From Caecitellus pseudoparvulus (taxonomy: Eukaryota > Protista > Bigyra: Bicosoecida): a stretch of 64,000 nucleotides of DNA. The notes under the pieces are model-generated. The model did no database searches. It worked only from the letters and a program-made list of their open reading frames with translations, and was not told where the DNA came from. Below, in pieces: positions 1 through 12,430 of this stretch. The translations under genes and the position numbers were made by a program. How positions within the stretch are numbered: position 1 is the stretch's first letter; every line of letters starts with the position of its first letter. Location: contig CBFFRQ010000042.1 in NCBI GenBank assembly GCA_965644315.1, positions 372,001 to 436,000 on the forward strand, written 5' to 3'.

Positions 1-2212
1 GGGTTTCGGGCTCAAACCAATTGAGCAGGGGCCGAAGGTGAGAAAGCAAGTTGCAGCGATTTCGTAAGTTGCAGCCCTGCCCGCTCGGGAAACGTGCTTG
101 TGAGAGACAGCTGCGTCCCGTGCACGCGATCTCAGGGATGTGCCACGCCATTGCTGGAGACGAATCAAGTGCGAGGGCCCTTCACCGCCTGTGCGCACCA
201 AGTGCTCGCTCATTGTGGAGGGAACGACCCTTGTCTTGCACGGAGGGGAGGGGAGCGGCATGTCGAATGGAGTGCATTGCCTGGACCTGGAGCAAACCGT
301 CCAGGGCTGGAGCAGCCAGACGCCAGCTCCCGACCTAGGCATCCCTGCCGCATCCAGTCACTCGGCGACTGTAGTTGGACGAGAGATGGTCGTGTTTGGA
401 GGGGAGGAGTTGGTGTCCGACGCGCAGGGTCAGAGGTTTAGGTGCCTGTTGAACAAGCTGTCCACATTCAACCTCGACGAGCAGAAGTGGATCGCCCTCC
501 CCACCCTCGGCGTGCCTCCCACCTTTGCAGTGCCCATGCCTCGTAAAGGACACAGTGCGACGGCGTTGCCCCAGAACCGCATGCTGGTGCTGGGCGGCGC
601 AGGCAAGGCTGGAGGGGCAACTGGTCCCCAGCACTACTGGTCGGACGCTTTTGTGTTGGACTGCAAAACATGGCTGTGGACAAAGCTCCGCCTGTTTGGT
701 GCTGTTCCTGGGAAGCGAGGGGGGCACTCGGCGGCCCTGAAGGCCGGAACAAGTGAGGTGTTCATCTACGGTGGCTTGACCGACCCTGTCCGGTGCACCC
801 CTGACGGGACACCGCTGCCGCTTAGTGCTTGCTCAGAGCGCACCCTGCACCCAGCCCTTGTTACTGTCCTGGATACCGAGTCGGGGCGCTGCTCTCCGTT
901 CCTCACCGTTGGCGCCCACCCAGGCCCGTTGCATGACCATGCTGCTGTGTTTGACATCCGGAGCCCCACCCTCATGTACTTGTTCGGTGGCCGAAGGCAT
1001 GACGGCACTGTGAATGGCGACTTCTACATTCTAGACACAGAGGCTGCTGCCTGGACATGCGTCAGCAGGCACTCTGTTCGCCCGTCCTCTCCTCCCGCGG
1101 CTGGGTGGTCCTGGACTCCCCCGAGCCCGCGGTTCAGTAGTGCTGTGGCAGCGCTTGACGGCGGCTTCGTCGTGTTTGGAGGGTCTTCGTCTACTGGAAT
1201 GTGTGATGCCAGTGTATTTGTGCTCTCCACCCCAGCAATGGCAGTTGATCCCATGCGGGGTGCCGCCGCCCCTCGCCATTCCTGCATTGACACTCGCGAC
1301 GTGCTGCTGCATGACCGAGCAAAGCAAGGGCTGACAACGACGCAAGCCAGTGGTGATGCCCCCGCATCTACTCAAGCGTCGCTTGCTGTGGTTTCCCCCA
1401 CCCGTGAGCGTGCTGCACCAGAGCCAGCAGCATCCCTCACGCAGCGCCGGCCGCGCACGGAGCGACGAGACATGTGGCTGTACCAACACCAGCACATGGA
1501 CGTGTGGCGACTTGCCCTTCAAATCCCAACGACAGCCTTTCACATTGCAAATGGCCGCAGAAACCGGCGGGTAGGGGCCCAGCGCAGCGGTCCTACCGGC
1601 AGAGCAGCAGGCGCCTCGCGGCCCCAGTCTCCTTGGACGCTGGCTCGCCAACGGCGTGAAGAAGCCGAAGCTGCAGCAGCACTCCGTGAAAGTGCTGCTG
1701 CTAGCCGTCCCTGCAATCCGGAGGGTCGACCTTACTCAAGGCTGGGGGAGGGTCTCGCACCCCAATTTCAAGTGGAGATCGAGCCTGCCCTCTTCACATA
1801 CCCTGGCCGGCAATCGCGAGCACCGACACCAGCAGGTGAGCCAGAGTGGGGAGACAGCAGTTGCAGTGGCTGGCTGCCCCCCTCTTCGCCCTGCCTTTCC
1901 TCAGCAGCCCTAGAGTCCTCACATCATGGGACCAAGGTGCTCGGCAAGCCGGGCAAGTGGGGCGCCCAGGAGCGCTCCCTTGCCCCAGCCAAGCCGGGCA
2001 TCTACGCTGGAACTAAGAGCTTTGCCCTGCTCTCTAGAGAGCTTGGGACTGCGCTCAAGGCAGCCAGCCACCCACGCAAAGCCGACCAGAACGATGCCAT
2101 GGAGGCGGTGCGCCCGCCGCCCACAACACTGCCCCCTTCACCGCTTCGGCGGAGCGCAGGGGCATGGCTCAGCCTCCGTGTTCCTGGACAGCATCCATCC
2201 CCGGGTTTATAG
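1..2212 (+). CDS. Kelch-repeat beta-propeller protein with a low-complexity C-terminus (5' end outside the window)
   Basis: Repeated kelch motifs (LVLHGG, MVVFGG, PRKGHSA..MLVLGG, KRGGHSA..VFIYGG, HDHAAV..MYLFGG, PRFSSA..FVVFGG). The ORF-track start at 140 is GTG. An intron at 64..135 (GTAAGT..CTCAG) joins an upstream frame that stays open to base 2. Confidence 0.85.
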
Positions 2213-2705
2213 GCCGTTTTGGTCGTTTGTGGAGCGCCGTGCTGTTTGGCGCGCTTGCCCGGCTTGCCCGCCATCCCACCTGTCCCACATCTGCTGCGCC
2301 CTCCAACAAATCAATAAATCACCCCATTCCCCCCTGCCTACTCTCAGTGTAGGCGGCCCCATTGATCTTGGCAGCTGGGCGCTTTACCCTGATCGTGGTG
2401 CCCTACCTCTTCCACTGCCAGTGTCCGTAGCAGGCGCAGGCAGCCACAGGGCCATCAGACGCGCATTGCTCTCGCGACCCTGAGCCGGTTGTTTCGGTGC
2501 CAAACGAGCACACACGCTATAAAGTGAGGGTGCATGCTTGGTGCCCCAGCCTTGCTAGGCCACCCGGCAGGGCGTGCAGGGCTTGCCTGCCACCCTCTGC
2601 CCCTGCGCCAGTCGTGAAATGCCGCAGTGCCGCTGCGGCTGCCAATGCCTATTCAGCCCCGCCACTCTCCGCTCCGCCCTCTGACGCTCCACAGGCACTC
2701 TCAGC

Positions 2706-5700
2706 ATGTCTGGTCACCCATCCTCTTCTGGGTCGGCGGGCAAGAAGCGCCGTCGCCGGAATAAGAAGGCTAAGAACGGCGGCGAGGAGAAGCCAGCTGT
2801 CGAGGCAGCGGTAGTGCAGGCAGCCCCGGCCGTGCCCGCTGAAATGGTGCCCTTTGTCAAGGCCGCCCAGCCCCATGGTTTCACCTTGGCTGACGTGTCA
2901 GCCATGGTGGATGAGCTCTTCTCGTCTGGCAAGGACGGGTGGAATGAGCCCTCCAGCGTCGTCGCTGCGCTCCTGGCCAAGCAGGTGAGTTTGCCTTACC
3001 GCACCTTGATGAAGCAGACTGCCTGTGCAGTGCTGGGCCCGAGGCGGGCCGCGCTGGTCGCGCCTGGCAACCACTGAACCTGCCCGCACAACTGCTCCGA
3101 GCATGACGCGCCTGCTTGCTCCCTTGCGCAGGAGGCAGCCGCTGCAGCTGCAGCATCCGCGCCAGTGCCCGAGCCGACACCTGAGGTTGCGGCTGTCCCG
3201 GAGCCTGCCCCGGCGACCAAGCCTGCTGTCCCTATTCCTACGCCTGCCCCTGCTGTTGCCTCTGCTGCCGTGCAGCCGGCTCCAGCCCCAGTGCCAGTGC
3301 CAGTGCCTGCTCCTGCGCCGGTGCCTGTGGCGGCCCAGGAGCAAACTGCTCCCGTGGACAGCTCAGCAAACCTGAAGAAGCTGGCATCTGCCGCCGACTT
3401 GGCACATGTTATTCGATCCCTCGCTGCATGGCGCCGTGCGGCGTCCCCCCGCCAGGTTGACGCCTTCTTCACCTGCGGAGCGTGCACCGTGCTGCTCAGC
3501 AACGTGCTGCAGCAGTTCATGCCAGCTTCACAGGATGCCTCCTTCAGGCGCCTGCTGGCGTCGCTGCTGTCTTCCGACTCTGCGGATGTCACCAGCGAAA
3601 CCCAGGCGGCAGGTTCAGCTGCCTCCAGCATTGCCTCAGCTGTCCGAGCAGCCATCGCCAAGCTGCAGGAGGCTGCAGGACCTGAGCCTGATGCTGGGTA
3701 CAAGGCCCGCATCGCCACTGCTGTGATCGCAACTGCAACCCGCCTGGCCGCAGCTGCCCTCGCCTTCCGGCAGCAGCTCAGGCACTCCATGGGCGGTGCC
3801 CTGGCAGGTGCTGACCAGGAAGCCGAGGCAGAGGAAGCCGCCAGCAAGCTGCAAGCTGCCCTCGCCCAGGCGTCTCAGCTGGTGAAGGCGGGCGCACTTC
3901 CAGCGACATACGCCTCAGCGCTGGAAGCAGATGCCACGGCCGTGTCTGGCGCGTGCTCTGAGGAGCTGCGGTACCTGGTGGCACAGCACGTCAACACGAG
4001 CGTGCTGACCGAGATTGCTCTGGACACCCTGGCCTTCACCGTCGCAGGCCAAGCCGATGCCCCGGCCGCAACTGTCACAGCGAGCGACAGCTTGAAGGCA
4101 ACCTTTGACTCTGGCGTCAGCGGCCTGGCAGGGTCCGCATCGGCGTCGTCGACTACGGAGGTACGTGGAACGTTCGAAGCTTAGGACGCATCGCGCCGCT
4201 GAGAAGGCCCAGCGTTGCTCGTGGAGGTGCTTGCACCTCCAGGAGCGGTGATGGGCCATCGACATGCCCTGCACATGGCATGTCGGTGTGCTCCTCAGCA
4301 ACAGCAAACCCAAGCGCGCAACTCAGCCGAGCTGGTGCTCCTCCACACCTCACTTGGTCCTATTCGCCGATTACACCCCCCTCTTCCCCTTCTTACACAG
4401 GCTGAAGCTGCAAAGTCTTCCCTGGCTCAGCTGCACGAGCGCGTGCAGTCTGAACTGGCGCCGTTTTTGGCCAAGGACGCGGAGTGTAAGGCGTCTCTTA
4501 CGTCGCTCACTGCCCGCAGGGAGGCTCTGCTGGTGGAGCTGGAGTCCCTGAACAGCCAGATCAAGCAAGTGGCGGCTGAGCGAGCGGCCAACAGCGCTGC
4601 CCGTGATGCCCTCGCTGCCAAGCACAAGGGCACAGCTGTGGACCTGGACAAGCAGTACAAGCAGCTGGCCCAATCCGCGGCTCGGGCATCCGCAGCTGCA
4701 GACATCTCCGCAGCAGTTGAAGGCGCCGAGGCCTCCCTGCAGGCCACCTTGCAGGCGCTGGGCGGCGGCGAAGGAGCAGCCTCGCCAGCCGGCGTCGCCC
4801 CCGCCCGGGCGGCGATGCTCACGGCCGCTGCCCGGCACTTCGGCGTGGAAGCCGCCATCATCACACGCCTCGCAGCCCGAGCACGGCAAGGCGCTGCAGA
4901 CTTGGCCCGCCTGCACTCTGAAGCCGCCAGCTACGAGCGCATGAACATGCCTACGGTGCTGGAGGGAGTGCGCGCGCGCATCGCCACCGTGAAGGAGCAT
5001 GCGGCAGAGGATGCTGCGTCTGTGCAGGGCCTCCGTGAAGGCGCCCAGGCCATGCTGGCTGACGTTGCGCTGGCCCTCGGCTCCCATGCCGCGCTGCCCT
5101 TCACAGCACAAGAGGCAAAGTGCATCACAGCCATCCGCTCCTCAGCAACTGCGGCGCAGATTCCTGGCCACGAGGCGCTGCCTGACGCTGCCGCCCCAGC
5201 GACGCCGCCGCCAGGCCTGCCACTCCCCGTCGACGCTGCAGACGCAGGCACCGACGCAGAAGCCTCAGACCTGCCCGCGGATGCGGCTGCAGCGGAAATT
5301 GCAGGGAGCAGCGATGCAGAAGACACCGCCGAGCTCCACACTGAGCCTGTGCTGGAGCCTGTGTCTGAGCCGGCACCTGCTCCGGTGCCTGCCCCTGTAC
5401 CTGCTCCCGTACCTGCGCCTGTGCCCGCACCCCTGCCGGCGGCGTCCAACATGCCCCCCGGTCTTCGCGGCTTTGGGCGTGGCGCCATGCGAGCGGGCAC
5501 CGCAGCGCCTGCCCCTGCGCCCGGAAAACTGCCCAGCTCCGCTGCAGGTCTCGCAGCTCCCACGCCGTCGACGGCAAAGGTCCCAAAGATGACCTGGGCT
5601 ACATCCGGCGCCAAGAAGTCCAAAGTGAAGAGCTTTGCAGATATCAAAGCAGCGGCTGCGGAGCAGCAGGCTGCCGAGCCCCCTGCTCCAGAACCCGTGC

Positions 5701-5732
5701 ATGATGGTGGTGCGGCTGAGAGCAAGGCTTAA
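2706..5732 (+). CDS. Hypothetical Ala/Pro-rich coiled-coil protein with a basic N-terminal NLS-like stretch; 3 exons
   Basis: ATG at 2706. Introns 2985..3131 and 4161..4400 (GT..AG) keep the frame across ORFs 2706, 3165 and 4215. KKRRRRNKK near the N-terminus, a heptad-rich middle exon and PAPV repeats. Confidence 0.7.
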
Positions 5733-5969
5733 GACCTGTGCAGCTGCTAGCAGTCTTTCTTTGTCGCTGAAGCGTGCTTCGATGGCCCTTTTTGGCGTCC
5801 CCCCCCGTTCAGCTTGCCGCGCCGCAAGCTCGTCAATACACCAGGCACTCTGCTGGGTCACCCAATTCCCCACTTCTGCTCGAGGCGAGTTCGTCGTTAT
5901 GTGCGCAAGGTCCACTTCTTGCACTCGCTCCATTGGACGACGTCGCCTCAAGTCTCCCAGACACACGCC

Positions 5970-6596
5970 ATGGCAACCCACTTGAAGCCTGCCTCCGAGG
6001 AGGTGGAAGTTGAGGTCAGATGGGAAGACCAGCAAAAGATCAACCGATTCGGGGTGCTGACAGATGCCAAGAATGAGCTTGATGACGACATTAAGGCTGC
6101 AAAGGTGAGCAGAGCTGTGCCTGGCGTTGGTCAGTAGCTACGGCTGCAGCAGCGTGCCCGGTGCTGCCTCGGCCTTGCAGAAGGAGCTGGAGTCCAACAA
6201 GAACGCCCTGGATGCGATTGAAGAAGGGGAGGTGAATTTCTTCGGCGAAGATGGCGTGACTAGGTGAGGGAGGCCCTGCACCACTTCCACCTCTGGCAGC
6301 CGGCGTTACGCCCAGCGTTTCGTGCTGCACAGTGTGATGCTGGGCGAGGCGTTCGTTGCCTGCAGCACGGAGGCAGCTCAGGAGCATGTCGAGAAGTTGA
6401 TCACGGTACGTAAGGTGGGCGACCAGGCTGTGAGCATTGCTGCACTCTCTGGGTGCGTGCTGCGCAGGCGTCCACCGCAAAGGTGGCTGCGTTGCAGGCG
6501 GAGCTGGACAGCATTCAAGAGGAGCGTGGGAAGCTGCGCACAGTGCTGTACGCGCGTTTTGGGTCCTCCATTGGACTGGATGACGCTGAGGAGTGA
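5970..6596 (+). CDS. PFDN4: Prefoldin subunit 4; 4 exons
   Basis: Spliced product contains EVRWEDQQKINRF...VMLGEAFV...LRTVLYARFGSSIGLD, typical of PFDN4/Gim3. Introns about 6105..6180, 6264..6332 and 6406..6467. Confidence 0.92.
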
Positions 6597-6774
6597 ATCT
6601 GCTCTCTTCAAATGCACTGTGTCAGAGGACGTGCCAGCCCGCGGGGCAAGGTTGTTGTGGACAGCATTGTGCGGGGAGCCGCAATACGACGACTACTTCC
6701 TGATCACGGCGTGGAGGTCCAGGCAGCGTCCCCCTGTGTGATCTGTGGCTTGTGTTGTTGCTTTCAATCTCGCC

Positions 6775-8934
6775 ATGGCAGCAGCTGCGGGAGCAGGCGA
6801 TGCTCCAAGCTTCGTGCCAGGTGAGGGTGACCAGGCCGGTGGGCAGGTCAACTGCTTGGGCGCCATCCGCCACTACCTGGACCGCATCATTCGCCCGAAG
6901 GACAAGGACAAGGAGATCAAGGGAATGAAGGCCCTCATCATGGACCGGGAGACTGTGCGTGGGGGCGCGCTCTGGCGTGGCGTGGTGCACTGCTCTGAAA
7001 TGCCGCACACCGCACCACCCTGCCGCCTTCACGCTTGCACAGAAGGCCATCGTGAGCATGGTGTACACGATGCACGAGATATTGGACAAGGACAGTGAGT
7101 GGCGTGACATGATGGCTGTGGGACGCCCCGGGCTCTGAAACCGGCAGAGGTCCGGGCGCCCTGTCGCTGGTGCGCCTCAACGCCCCTCTGCCTCCCTTGT
7201 GCCGCGCAGTCTTTCACGTGGGAACCATCGACAAGGTGCAGGAGCCCATGCTGCACATCAAGGTGAGTGGGCGCGTCACCCAGGCGTTCGGCAAGCGGCG
7301 CACTGCGGCGGTGGTGCTCACACTCGTGCCTTGGCGCCGCGCAGGCTCTGGTGCTGGTGCGACCTACCCTGGAGAACTTAAAGGCTCTGCGGGAGGAGCT
7401 GGCTGCCCCCAAGTTTGGCTCCTACTACTTGTACTTCACGAACACCGTGAAGGCGGACTTCCTGCAGCACCTGGCTGAAGCAGACACGCAGCAGGTCGTG
7501 CAGCAGGTGCAGGAGGTGTACGCCGACTTCTACGCCGTGAACTCCAACTTGTTCCATTTGAACTTGGGAGGGTCCCTGGCACTTTCCTTGCCTCGGGGGC
7601 GGTGGAGTGCAGCTGAGGGACACCTGTTCGAGCGCACTGCTCAAGGCCTGGCGGCCACCCTGCTGGCGTTCAAGGTGCGCCCCTTCATCCGCCACCAGCG
7701 CACGGCAGTGGCGGCGTCCCTGGCACGGGAGGTGAACAGCACCATGACTGGGGAGCGGGAGCTGTTCAGCTTCAAGCGCCCTGCCGGTACGCCCATGTTG
7801 CTGGTGCTGGACCGGCAGGAGGACCCCGTCACCCCCCTGCTCAGTCAATGGACGTACCAAGCCATGCTGCACGAGCTGGTGGGCATCTCGGCAAACCGCG
7901 TGTCCCTTGCAGACGCCAAGGCAGGGGGCAAGGCCAAGGTGCGTGAGTTGCCTGTGGGGCCGCTAGTGGACGACTTCTACCAGACGCACATGTACGCCAA
8001 CTACGGTGATTTGGGGCAGGCTGTGAACAAGCTGCTGGGGGAGTACCAGGCCCTGCGCGCGTCCACGGCTGAGAACATCACCACCATCGAGGACATGCAG
8101 CGGTTCGTGGACAACTACCCAGAGCTGCGGCGCCACGACAATGTGACTGGCAAGCACGTGGCGTTGCTGGGCGAGATGTCTCGCCTGGTGGACGCCCACG
8201 CCCTGTTCGAGGTGTCAGAGGTGGAGCAGACTGTCGCCTGCAGCAGTGCTCCCAGTGAGCACTTCTCCGCCATCATGGAGCTGCTGGGCCGGGGAGACGT
8301 GCAGCAGCTCGACGCCCTGCGCATGGTCATGCTGTTCGCGCTGCGATACGAGAGCGGGGAGGGCCGGCGCATCAGCGAGCTCAAATCGCAGCTCATCTCT
8401 GCCAAGGGCTTGCGGCCCGGCGACGTTGCGCTGATTGACGTGCTGTTGAAGTACGGCGGCAGTGGTACGCGGGTGGGTGACTTGTTCGGCGACAAGTCGT
8501 TCTTCTCCCGCATGTCGGCGTCTGTCACGGCCGGGTTTAAAGGCGTGGAGAATGTCTTCACACAACACGTCACGCCCCTGAAAGGCGTCCTGGACAACCT
8601 CGTCGCTGGGACACTGTCCAAGTCAGAGTACCCCAGCGTCGGTGGGGAGCCACCCAGGGGTGCCTTGGGCACCATCATCGTCTTTGTAGTGGGCGGTGTT
8701 ACGTTCGAGGAGGCGGCAGCGGTGGCAGCCCTGAACGCGAACCTCGCCAAAGCAGCTGCACCTGGCACCACCGCGCCTCGCATCATTCTCGGTGGCACGG
8801 CCGTGCACAACTCCAAGTCTTTCTTGGCAGAGCTCGCTCGGCTGGGAGGGGCCGTGGCGGCGACACCAGAGCACGTGACTGTCAGCGTGTCGGGGGGGGC
8901 TGATGCGGGTGCTGCTGGGCTAGGGGACTGGTGA
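6775..8934 (+). CDS. VPS45: Sec1/Munc18-family protein VPS45; 4 exons
   Basis: GMKALIMDRET, VQQVQEVYADF, LLVLDRQEDPVTPLLSQWTYQAMLHEL, FKGVENVFTQH, IIVFVVGGVTFEEA and IILGGTAVHNSKSFL. Three short GT-AG introns in the 5' part. Confidence 0.95.
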
Positions 8935-9134
8935 GCCAGTGTGTGCCGTTGGGCAAATGCATGCTTGCTGCTACGCCCACCGGCATCTCGTGCTGCAACA
9001 GGCTCAGCACTGTGCAGCTGCGCCACACCGCCCGCAAGCCACTGGCGGCACCGGGAACGGACTACGGGCCTGGTACCCATCGCCACCCCCCGCTGGGCCA
9101 CTCCTGAGGGCGGCTGCACCTTGCTCCCAGCACA

Positions 9135-9843
9135 ATGGTGAAGAATGCGAGGGCGTTCCAGCGCAAGCTGGGCCGAACATGGGAGCATCGGCTGGCCATG
9201 TTTAGGTGCGTGTCGGTGGCGCATGAAACGCCCGTGACACGCGCAGCACACTTCTGCCTGCTGCCGAGCAGGAACATGGCCACATCGCTGATTGAGCACG
9301 AGCGCATCAGAACGACTGTTCCCAAGGCGAAAGAGTTGAGGAGGGTCGTGGACAAGCTCATCACCAAGGGCAAGAACAGTGCGTGGCGTGAGGGAGCCAC
9401 CACCCTGCGCTGCCTGCAGCTGGCACTTGGCCACCACACTCCATGCGCAGACACAGAGCACAAGCGTCGCCAGGTCGCGGCATACGTGCGCAGCACCGAG
9501 GCAGTGGACAAGGTGTTCCAGGAGCTGGCACCTCGATACATGTGAGTCCCCTGTGCAGCAGTGGCTCGGCCGCAGCGCAGCTGTCACACACTTTGCGCCC
9601 CTCCTGTCAAGCAGGACGCGGCCTGGCGGGTACACCCGTGTGCTCCGCGCTGGCTTCCGCAAGGGTGACCGCGCCCCCATGGCCGTGATCGAGTTCGTGG
9701 ACCGCGAGGGGGAGCTGCGCCCTGCCCGGCCGGCGCCTGCCGCCGACGCGCAGCTCATCGGCAAGGTGGCTGCGGAAGCTGCTCAGGCGCACGCCGCCGC
9801 TGCTGCGACTGGCTCGGCTGACGTGGCTGCGGAGGCTCGGTAG
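9135..9843 (+). CDS. MRPL17: Mitochondrial ribosomal protein bL17m; 4 exons
   Basis: [38 protein letters not shown]...[28 protein letters not shown]. Introns 9206..9271, 9379..9450 and 9542..9614. Confidence 0.93.
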
Positions 9844-9858
9844 ACTGAAATGCATGCA

Positions 9859-12387
9859 TTATGCGAGAGACTGCGTGAGGCCCTGCCAGGCTGGCCCACC
9901 CACCGCTGATGTCCTGTCAAGCATGTCGCGCAGCAGCGGTGCGTGGGACGACGGCAGAGCGCCGGCACACAGCTGCACCTGCGCCAGCAACTCCTGCACG
10001 ACCGCTGCGGTGGAGGCCGCATGCCCTGCCGCCTCCTGGCCCTCACCCGGCGCTAGCCAGGCCGGCGGCAGGGCGGCTACCACGGCGTAGGCTAGGAGCA
10101 GGGTGACGGCGGCGGAGGGGGCCCCACCCTGGTTGGCCAGGGCAGTGATCAGCGGGAGCAGCGTGTCCCCTGCAAGTTGCTCCACGGCGACAGGCAGCAG
10201 CGTGTCCCCACCGGGCAGGCCCACCCCCCAGACATCAGCGATGTCCGCCACCATGCCGACGACAAACAGCGCTGACGCCAAGGACACTGGGGCCACCGCC
10301 GCGTCCTGCAGGGGTGCAGTCAGAACAGGCGGGACGCTGGCCACAGGCAGCTTGGCGGGGGGGTGCAGGGGCAGGATGCGGGGCAGCAGCACGTCGGCGG
10401 CGGCAGCGCGCGCGCCGTCCACTGCCGCTGCGCTGACAGCACGTAGCAGCGCCTCCCTGCTGCTCGTGAAGGGCTTGTTGGACGCCAACGCAGGGGGCAG
10501 CTGTTCCACCTCTGCCTTGATGGATCGCAGCAGGTCCACGGTCCCCGCCGTGTCCCGCCGGTGGCCCGGTTGCCAGGAGTGGCGCAGGTGTTCCTGCACG
10601 TGAAACAGGCGCATGGGCAAGGCGCAGCGCACGTGGAGGGTGGTGTCGTCATTCACCGGGTCTGACGCCCCGCTGGTGTGTGCTGCCTGCGCCGCAGTCA
10701 GTGGCTTCAGAGCGCCCACGAGGAGCGCAGAGGGGGCGTCGCCCAGCGGCAGGGACGCCACGTGCAGCCGCAACAGCGGCGCCAGCACCAGCGGCAGGGA
10801 CATGGAAGCGTAGGTGTCCTGGTATGCTTGTGGGGCAGCGGCTTTGAGGCCGGCAAAGACGCTCGCGCCACACGCTGCCGCGCCGGCCAGGGACGTGGCT
10901 GGCTCAGACAGCGCAGGGGCTGAGGCTGTCGCGCCCAGGCTTGCGTCTGCCGCGTTCCTCAGTGCCAGGCACGCCTCCACGTAGGGGGCTGCCGTGGAGA
11001 GCTGCACAGCCTTGCTGGGCGGCAAGGCAAACCCCGCCCCAGCGTCCAGGGCGAAGTGGTGTGCTGCGGCAGAGGCCACCGCCTCCTCCGCCTGCCCCAC
11101 CTCCTGCACCAGCTCGTGCACCTGGAGAGGGGCGGTCACTGCACCGCAGGCGGCAGGCAGGAGGGCCGTGTGCACCTCGATGACAGCCAGCGCTGCACTG
11201 CGTACGTCTGAGGGCGCGGCGGGGTCCACCTGCAAGACATCCTGGCAGGTCAGGTCGGGGGGGGGCAGGGACTGCTCCCCCCCGCTCACGCCCGCCAGCG
11301 ACCAGGACGACCAGCCCCCCTCGGCGCCGCCGTGGAAGGCCTCGGGTGGAAATCCAGCCGCAGCAGGGCTGAGGGCCTTCCACGTCGCGTGGGTGATGCC
11401 CAGGGCGTGGGCTGTGTTCGGCGCAGGCGGGCCGGGCGCCGTGAGCCGGCGGCTGGCCGCGGAAGCACGGCAGGCCCGGCGCATGGCGCTGACGTCTCGC
11501 TGCGTCGTGCGCACAGCTCGCGTGAGGCTCAAGAGCTCTTTCTCTGCAGCTTGGGCTGCGCGGGCCATGGACACGACGGCAGCTATGCTGTGTCTGAGCT
11601 GCAGCAGGGAGTCGTGAGTGGCCGACACCTCAGCCACGTCCCCCTGCAGGCGCCGCAGGGTTTGGGACGCCTCCTGCACCTGGGCCTCGTACGCCTTCAG
11701 CGTGTTCCTGGCACTGTCCAGGCGCCGCTGGACGTCGGCCCCCCTCGTCGCCAGGGCCTGGTGCACGGCTTGGCTGGAGAGGGGGGCCGGCGGCGTGGTG
11801 CCTGCCGGCACAGTGGCGGCCTGTGGCCCAGGGTCTTGCAGCATCAGACGTGCAGCTTGGGAATGGAGGTGGTCACTGGACACCGCGCCCGCATCGTCTG
11901 CGTCCATGCTGGCGGCGGTGGCAGCCCGGGCCAGACTGCGCTTGGCTCGGGCCGCCGCCGCGATGCGCACCATGCCTGACGATGCGTCCTCCGCGGCGTC
12001 CTCCGGGGCTGCACTTGCCACCTGCTTGGCGAGTGACACTTGCTGTGATGATCGCAGACTGGCCAAGTCGGCCTCAGAGTAGCGCCCAGTGGACAGCGCG
12101 GCCAAAGACGCCGCGGCGCCACCCGCCGCCGCACTCTGCGCCACAGCGTCTGCGTTCGCCAAGCCCGACCCTTTCAGCTTGATCAGGCCAGGAGATGCCT
12201 CGCTGTCATCCTCAGAGTCTTGCCCGCCAATTGCAATGCCTGTTGCTGAGATGCCTCTCCTTCTGCGCTTGGGCTTGGTGAACGCTTGGGAAGGGGGGAC
12301 GCTGGTGCCTGCGGTATTTGCTTCTCCCCCCAGCTCCTCATCATCATCCGCGAGCCTCGTCCGCCTGCGCCTGCGCCGAGTGGCCAT
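9859..12387 (-). CDS. GCFC-domain protein (PAXBP1/GCFC2/Ntr2/ILP1-like spliceosome disassembly factor)
   Basis: Likely ATG at 12387 (MATRRRRRR). Ntr2-like RYSEADLASLRSSQ, IAAAARAKR, a coiled coil, and AYQDTYASMSLPLVLAPLLRL resembling the GCFC motif SY.DAY..L.LP.LF.P.IRL. Confidence 0.7.
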   Translation of the reverse strand: MATRRRRRRTRLADDDEELGGEANTAGTSVPPSQAFTKPKRRRRGISATGIAIGGQDSEDDSEASPGLIKLKGSGLANADAVAQSAAAGGAAASLAALSTGRYSEADLASLRSSQQVSLAKQVASAAPEDAAEDASSGMVRIAAAARAKRSLARAATAASMDADDAGAVSSDHLHSQAARLMLQDPGPQAATVPAGTTPPAPLSSQAVHQALATRGADVQRRLDSARNTLKAYEAQVQEASQTLRRLQGDVAEVSATHDSLLQLRHSIAAVVSMARAAQAAEKELLSLTRAVRTTQRDVSAMRRACRASAASRRLTAPGPPAPNTAHALGITHATWKALSPAAAGFPPEAFHGGAEGGWSSWSLAGVSGGEQSLPPPDLTCQDVLQVDPAAPSDVRSAALAVIEVHTALLPAACGAVTAPLQVHELVQEVGQAEEAVASAAAHHFALDAGAGFALPPSKAVQLSTAAPYVEACLALRNAADASLGATASAPALSEPATSLAGAAACGASVFAGLKAAAPQAYQDTYASMSLPLVLAPLLRLHVASLPLGDAPSALLVGALKPLTAAQAAHTSGASDPVNDDTTLHVRCALPMRLFHVQEHLRHSWQPGHRRDTAGTVDLLRSIKAEVEQLPPALASNKPFTSSREALLRAVSAAAVDGARAAAADVLLPRILPLHPPAKLPVASVPPVLTAPLQDAAVAPVSLASALFVVGMVADIADVWGVGLPGGDTLLPVAVEQLAGDTLLPLITALANQGGAPSAAVTLLLAYAVVAALPPAWLAPGEGQEAAGHAASTAAVVQELLAQVQLCAGALPSSHAPLLRDMLDRTSAVGGPAWQGLTQSLA

Positions 12388-12430
12388 GGAGAAGGGAGGG
12401 TGAAAAATGGGTGCATTTCCAGCACGTTCT

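Noticed and set aside
3230-5440. Short tandem-like repeats (CCAGTG, CCTGCT/CCCGTA)
   Set aside because: They encode PAPV low-complexity linkers. There are no spacers, so this is not CRISPR or satellite DNA.
9206-9450. Apparent insertions in ribosomal protein L17 in the ORF track
   Set aside because: They are stop-free introns of 66 and 72 nt with GTGCGT..CAG boundaries.
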